Of a DNA stretch of 64,000 nt, positions 59,665 through 64,000 are shown piece after piece. The stretch's first letter is position 1; each line of letters begins with the position of its first letter. Both the position numbers and the translations under genes were made by a program. The DNA comes from Escherichia coli (lineage in GTDB: Bacteria; Pseudomonadota; Gammaproteobacteria; Enterobacterales; Enterobacteriaceae). The stretch lies in the NCBI RefSeq assembly GCF_036507355.1, contig NZ_AP027877.1; one strand, written 5' to 3'. A model generated the notes under the pieces. That model searched no databases, was not told the origin of the DNA, and saw only the letters and a list, made by a program, of their open reading frames with translations.

Positions 59665-61002
59665 ATGAACACTTCACCGGTGCGAATGGATGATTTACCA
59701 CTTAACCGTTTTCACTGTCGAATTGCTGCGCTCACTTTCGGCGCACACCTGACCGACGGTTATGTTCTCGGCGTCATTGGTTACGCCATTATTCAACTTA
59801 CGCCCGCCATGCAACTGACGCCGTTTATGGCGGGAATGATCGGCGGCTCGGCGCTCCTTGGTTTGTTTCTTGGCAGCCTGGTTCTTGGGTGGATCTCCGA
59901 CCATATTGGTCGGCAAAAAATCTTCACCTTCAGCTTTTTGCTGATTACGCTCGCTTCGTTCCTGCAATTTTTTGCCACCACGCCAGAGCATCTTATTGGA
60001 CTGCGCATTTTGATCGGCATTGGTCTGGGAGGCGATTACTCAGTAGGTCACACCTTGCTGGCTGAATTTTCCCCGCGCCGCCATCGCGGTGTTTTGCTGG
60101 GCGCATTCAGCGTGGTGTGGACCGTAGGCTATGTGCTGGCAAGTATTGCCGGACATCACTTTATTTCCGAAAACCCGGAGGCCTGGCGCTGGCTGCTGGC
60201 ATCGGCAGCTCTGCCCGCGTTGTTGATTACGTTATTACGCTGGGGAACGCCAGAATCGCCACGCTGGCTACTGCGCCAGGGGCGTTTTGCAGAAGCTCAC
60301 GCTATCGTGCATCGCTATTTTGGTCCCCATGTTTTACTGGGCGATGAAGTGGCAACGGCGACCCATAAACACATCAAAACCTTGTTCTCTTCACGCTACT
60401 GGCGGCGCACGGCGTTTAACAGCGTCTTCTTTGTCTGCCTCGTAATCCCATGGTTTGTGATTTATACCTGGCTGCCAACTATCGCCCAGACTATTGGTCT
60501 GGAAGATGCGCTGACTGCCAGCCTGATGCTTAATGCGTTGTTAATTGTGGGCGCGCTGCTGGGATTAGTTCTGACGCACCTGCTGGCACATCGCAAATTT
60601 TTGCTGGGAAGTTTTTTGCTGCTGGCGGCAACGCTGGTAGTAATGGCCTGTTTGCCTTCCGGCAGTTCATTAACGCTGCTGCTTTTTGTTCTCTTCAGCA
60701 CCACCATTTCGGCAGTCAGTAATCTGGTGGGCATTTTGCCTGCGGAAAGTTTTCCTACTGACATTCGCTCGCTGGGCGTCGGTTTTGCCATCGCCATGAG
60801 TCGGTTGGGGGCGGCGGTAAGTACTGGCCTGCTGCCGTGGGTGCTGGCGCAGTGGGGAATGCAAGTCACCTTATTGCTCCTGGCGGCAGTGTTGTTGGTT
60901 GGTTTTGTTGTAACCTGGCTATGGGCACCAGAAACCAAAGCACTCCCGCTGGTGGCGGCGGGAAATGTAGGAGGTGCGAATGAACATTCTGTTAGCGTTT
61001 AA
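59665..61002 (+). CDS. ygcS: MFS sugar-porter-family transporter
   Basis: 445-aa product from ATG 59665 (AGGGG RBS); sugar-porter motifs GRQK and PETK. Confidence 0.85.
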   Translation: MNTSPVRMDDLPLNRFHCRIAALTFGAHLTDGYVLGVIGYAIIQLTPAMQLTPFMAGMIGGSALLGLFLGSLVLGWISDHIGRQKIFTFSFLLITLASFLQFFATTPEHLIGLRILIGIGLGGDYSVGHTLLAEFSPRRHRGVLLGAFSVVWTVGYVLASIAGHHFISENPEAWRWLLASAALPALLITLLRWGTPESPRWLLRQGRFAEAHAIVHRYFGPHVLLGDEVATATHKHIKTLFSSRYWRRTAFNSVFFVCLVIPWFVIYTWLPTIAQTIGLEDALTASLMLNALLIVGALLGLVLTHLLAHRKFLLGSFLLLAATLVVMACLPSGSSLTLLLFVLFSTTISAVSNLVGILPAESFPTDIRSLGVGFAIAMSRLGAAVSTGLLPWVLAQWGMQVTLLLLAAVLLVGFVVTWLWAPETKALPLVAAGNVGGANEHSVSV

Positions 61003-61759
61003 AGCCGAACCGGATGCCGGAATGCTGGCGGAAAAAGAGTGGCAGGCGGCGGCTCAGGGTAATAGCGGACCGGATATTTCGCTACTGCGAAGTTTACTCG
61101 GTGCTGATGAACAGGCTGCCGCCGCGCTGCTGTTGGCGCAGAGAAAAAACGGTACGTCGATGTCTTTAACCGCGTTGAGCATGGGGGATGAACGGGCGTT
61201 GCACTGGCTGCGCTATCTCATGGCTCTTGGGTTTGAGGAAGCTGTATTGCTGGAGACGGCGGCAGATCTGCGCTTTGCGCCGGAATTTGTCGCTCGCCAT
61301 ATTGCCGAATGGCAGCGTCAGAATCCGCTGGATCTGATAATTACCGGCTGCCAAAGCAGCGAAGGGCAGAATGGGCAAACGCCATTTTTGCTGGCGGAAA
61401 TGCTGGGCTGGCCTTGCTTCACCCAGGTGGAGCGTTTCACTCTCGACGCGCCGTTTATCACCCTCGAACAGCGTACTGAACATGGGCTGCGCTGTTGCCG
61501 GGTTCGCTTGCCTGCGGTGATTGCCGTGCGTCAGTGTGGTGAAGTGGCCTTGCCAGTACCGGGAATGCGCCAGCGAATGGCTGCGGGGAAAGCAGCAATT
61601 ATCCGTAAAACTGTTGCTGTCGAATTGCCAGCGATGCAGTGTCTGCAACTGGCAAGAGCAGAGCAACGACGCGGAGCGACGTTGATTGATGGGCAAACGG
61701 TAGCAGAAAAAGCGCAAAAGCTATGGCAGGACTATTTACGCCAAAGGATGCAGCCATGA
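60980..61759 (+). CDS. ygcR: Electron transfer flavoprotein beta-subunit-like protein (FixA-like)
   Basis: 259-aa ORF from ATG 60980 (AGGAGGTG RBS); overlaps ygcS 3' end and ygcQ start. Confidence 0.8.
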   Translation: MNILLAFKAEPDAGMLAEKEWQAAAQGNSGPDISLLRSLLGADEQAAAALLLAQRKNGTSMSLTALSMGDERALHWLRYLMALGFEEAVLLETAADLRFAPEFVARHIAEWQRQNPLDLIITGCQSSEGQNGQTPFLLAEMLGWPCFTQVERFTLDAPFITLEQRTEHGLRCCRVRLPAVIAVRQCGEVALPVPGMRQRMAAGKAAIIRKTVAVELPAMQCLQLARAEQRRGATLIDGQTVAEKAQKLWQDYLRQRMQP

Positions 61760-62616
61760 ATATCGCAATTGTGACAATAAATCAGGAGAATGCCGCATTA
61801 GCGGGCTGGCTGGCGGCGCAGGATGTCAGCGGTTGTACCCTGGCGCACTGGCAAATAGAACCACAGCCCGTAGTGGTGGAACAGGTGCTGGATGCGCTGG
61901 TGGAACAGTGGCAGCGAACGCCTGCGAACGTTGTTCTCTTTCCGCCGGGAACGTTTGGCGATGAACTGTCGACCCGGCTGGCCTGGCGTTTACATGGTGC
62001 AAGCATCTGCCAGGTGACTTCGTTAGAGATTCCAATCGTAAGCGTGCGCAAATCCCACTGGGGAAATGCGCTAACGGCGACGCTGCAAACAGAAAAACGC
62101 CCGCTATGTCTTTCCCTGGCGCGCCAGGCGGGAGCAGATAAAAATGCCACGTTGCCCTCTGGTATGCAGCAACTGAACATAGTCCCAGGTGCGCTTCCGG
62201 ACTGGCTGGTTAGCATAGAGAACCTGAAAAATGTTACTCGCGACCCATTAGCTGAGGCCAGACGGGTGCTGGTGGTGGGGCAGGGCGGAGAGGCAGATAA
62301 CCAGGAAATTGCTATGCTGGCAGAAAAGCTGGGAGCCGAAGTAGGCTACAGTCGGGCACGAGTGATGAACGGTGGCGTTGATGCCGAAAAAGTGATTGGT
62401 ATTTCCGGACATCTGCTGGCACCTGAGGTGTGTATTGTTGTTGGCGCATCCGGTGCGGCAGCGTTAATGGCGGGCGTAAGCAATAGCAAGTTTGTGGTGG
62501 CGATTAATCATGACGCCAGCGCAGCGGTATTTTCACAGGCAGATGTTGGCGTGGTTGATGACTGGAAAGTGGTGCTGGAGGCACTGGTGACAACCATTCA
62601 CGCAGAATGCCAATAA
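61756..62616 (+). CDS. ygcQ: Electron transfer flavoprotein alpha-subunit-like protein (FixB-like)
   Basis: 286-aa ORF; ATG overlaps ygcR stop (ATGA). Confidence 0.8.
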   Translation: MNIAIVTINQENAALAGWLAAQDVSGCTLAHWQIEPQPVVVEQVLDALVEQWQRTPANVVLFPPGTFGDELSTRLAWRLHGASICQVTSLEIPIVSVRKSHWGNALTATLQTEKRPLCLSLARQAGADKNATLPSGMQQLNIVPGALPDWLVSIENLKNVTRDPLAEARRVLVVGQGGEADNQEIAMLAEKLGAEVGYSRARVMNGGVDAEKVIGISGHLLAPEVCIVVGASGAAALMAGVSNSKFVVAINHDASAAVFSQADVGVVDDWKVVLEALVTTIHAECQ

Positions 62617-62619
62617 CGT

Positions 62620-62760
62620 GCTGCCGGATGATCCTGCCTACGGTTCTGGCCTGGGGACTTGTAGGCCTGATAAGACGCGTCAAGCGTCGCATCAGGCGCT
62701 GAATGTCGGATGTGGCGTGCGGCCTACAAATCAAACCAAATTCAATTGGTTACGATTATC
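62620..62760. repeat. BIME: cluster of REP-like palindromes
   Basis: GCCGGATGATCCTGCCTAC, GTAGGCCTGATAAGACGCGTCAAGCGTCGCATCAGGCG, GGATGTGGCGTGCGGCCTAC. Confidence 0.6.
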
Positions 62761-62763
62761 CCG

Positions 62764-63339
62764 TCAAAGCAATTTTTTCGCTAATGTCCAGACTCCGGTA
62801 TTCGTGGTGGAAAGCGCCACGACACCCGCGTTAATCGCATTACGCGCATCTTCTTCATCGCATACCAGCCCGCCAGCAATCAGCGGTTGGCGGATTTTTT
62901 CCGTCACCCAGCCCAGCACTTTGGGCATGCAGCCTGGCAGGATCTCAATACAATCCGGATTCGATTGCGCAACTTGCTTATCAATGTTGTGAAACGAAAT
63001 CGAATCAACAATAAACAGGCGATGAATACAGAAAAAACCTTCCGCTCTTGCCGCTTTTAGCATCGATGCTTTGGTGCTGATAATTCCATCCGCCTCGGTC
63101 ACCAGTTTCAAAAACTGAATCACGACTTCTTTATTTGACGCGCCTTCCAGCAAATCGACATGAATAAAAGCATATTTCCCGGCGTTCTTAATCTTTTTAA
63201 CGATTTGACTAATGGTGCAGATATTGCCGTACAACACGGAAATAAATTGGCATTCAGAATCGATTGCCAGTTGCAGGCTGGCATTATCTTTAACGGCAGC
63301 AATCACCGGATTCTGGCGGAGCAGGTGTAAGAGGGGCAT
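62764..63339 (-). CDS. ygcP: GlpP-family (glycerol-3-phosphate-responsive antiterminator-like) protein
   Basis: 191-aa ORF. Confidence 0.75.
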   Translation of the reverse strand: MPLLHLLRQNPVIAAVKDNASLQLAIDSECQFISVLYGNICTISQIVKKIKNAGKYAFIHVDLLEGASNKEVVIQFLKLVTEADGIISTKASMLKAARAEGFFCIHRLFIVDSISFHNIDKQVAQSNPDCIEILPGCMPKVLGWVTEKIRQPLIAGGLVCDEEDARNAINAGVVALSTTNTGVWTLAKKLL

Positions 63340-63355
63340 AAATTATCCTTATTAT

Positions 63356-63616
63356 TTATCCAAAGCGGTAGGTGATGCCGAATCCGGAAGGTGGATAGCG
63401 CCACTGTTGTAGTGTGGATTCGTCGCACAGCAAACGGCAGGTGCCACACTCCAGGCAACTGCGATAGTCAATACGTAAGTCACCTTCTGGTGTGAGCGAA
63501 AAAAGACCTGCCGGACAGGCGTTAATCAACCGTTCTGCCGTCTGGCGCTCAACGGAGTCAGCCGGAACAATGTGCGGCGCATCAGCAACGCGCCAGAGAT
63601 TACGGGCTACAGACAT
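63356..63616 (-). CDS. ygcO: Ferredoxin-like protein (FixX-like)
   Basis: 86-aa product from ATG (rc 63614-63616) with cysteine motif CLECGTC. Confidence 0.75.
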   Translation of the reverse strand: MSVARNLWRVADAPHIVPADSVERQTAERLINACPAGLFSLTPEGDLRIDYRSCLECGTCRLLCDESTLQQWRYPPSGFGITYRFG

Positions 63617-64000
63617 CGCAGACTCCTGATAACATCGCCCGCCAGATGCCACAGGCCGTGACGACGTAAATGGCGCCAGAATAACTGGCGCAGCGGTGGA
63701 ACAGGTTTATCACCCTGATCCCATAAATCGCGGGAAATATCCTGCATTAACGCAGGCCACGCCCGATACCAGCCAGGGCGTTGCAAAAGCGCCGGAACAT
63801 GCTGATAACGCTGTAGAACATCCCACAGCAGGCTGCGCTCGACGTTGTGATGATAAAGCGGAAACAGATTTTGCGGCTCACAGTGCTGGCAGGCGCTTAT
63901 CAGCGTTTGTGCCGCCGCCTGTGCGCCAGTCAGCGCCATATCCATGCCGCGCACGGAGATTCCGGTATTGACGCAACTGCGTAACGCATCGCCCACCAGC
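63607..64000 (-). CDS. ygcN: FAD-dependent oxidoreductase (FixC / ETF-ubiquinone-oxidoreductase-like), C-terminal part only; 5' end beyond window
   Basis: Minus-strand reading frame open to the window edge; stop TAG at 63607-63609 overlaps the ygcO start. Confidence 0.7.
   Translation of the reverse strand, partial: LVGDALRSCVNTGISVRGMDMALTGAQAAAQTLISACQHCEPQNLFPLYHHNVERSLLWDVLQRYQHVPALLQRPGWYRAWPALMQDISRDLWDQGDKPVPPLRQLFWRHLRRHGLWHLAGDVIRSLRCL

Overview
This window reads as an Escherichia coli-type chromosomal backbone, in the order recB(3' end)-recD-argA-amiC-three tRNA-fMet-mltA-tcdA-csdEA-ygdI-gcvB-gcvA-ygdD-rlmM-fucRUKI-[island]-fucAO-xni-sdaBC-ppnN-queF-syd-csrB-yqcC-truC-yqcA-gudPXD-barA-rlmD-relA-mazEFG-pyrG-eno-(small membrane protein/TPM/LemA)-queE-CRISPR-ygcE-yqcE-ygcU'-ygcSRQ-ygcPON. 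All family, gene-order and K-12 comparisons are made from memory by reading the six-frame translations; no database search was possible. RNA genes present are three tandem initiator tRNA-fMet copies, gcvB and csrB. Two small type I-E CRISPR arrays (3 spacers plus a degenerate remnant) lie between queE and ygcE with no cas genes in the window, and REP/BIME palindromes occupy many intergenic gaps. The most interesting feature is a roughly 6.8 kb, lower-GC insertion between fucI and fucA, where the fucose permease fucP would be expected. It encodes a CUT2-type sugar ABC transporter (ATPase, permease, binding protein), an FGGY pentulose-kinase-like enzyme and a LacI-family regulator, with a new divergent promoter region carrying two identical 16-bp perfect palindromes and a CRP-like site. 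The first third of fucA is diverged while the rest matches K-12 as I recall it, suggesting a recombination junction inside the gene. I propose this as a candidate D-arabinose/L-fucose-type uptake and phosphorylation module wired into the fuc regulon; function and novelty are untested. Other oddities are in-frame premature stops in gudP (TAA) and in a ygcG-like TPM-domain gene (TAG), an N-terminally truncated ygcU with no ygcW-like gene, and a point variant in the middle tRNA-fMet copy.
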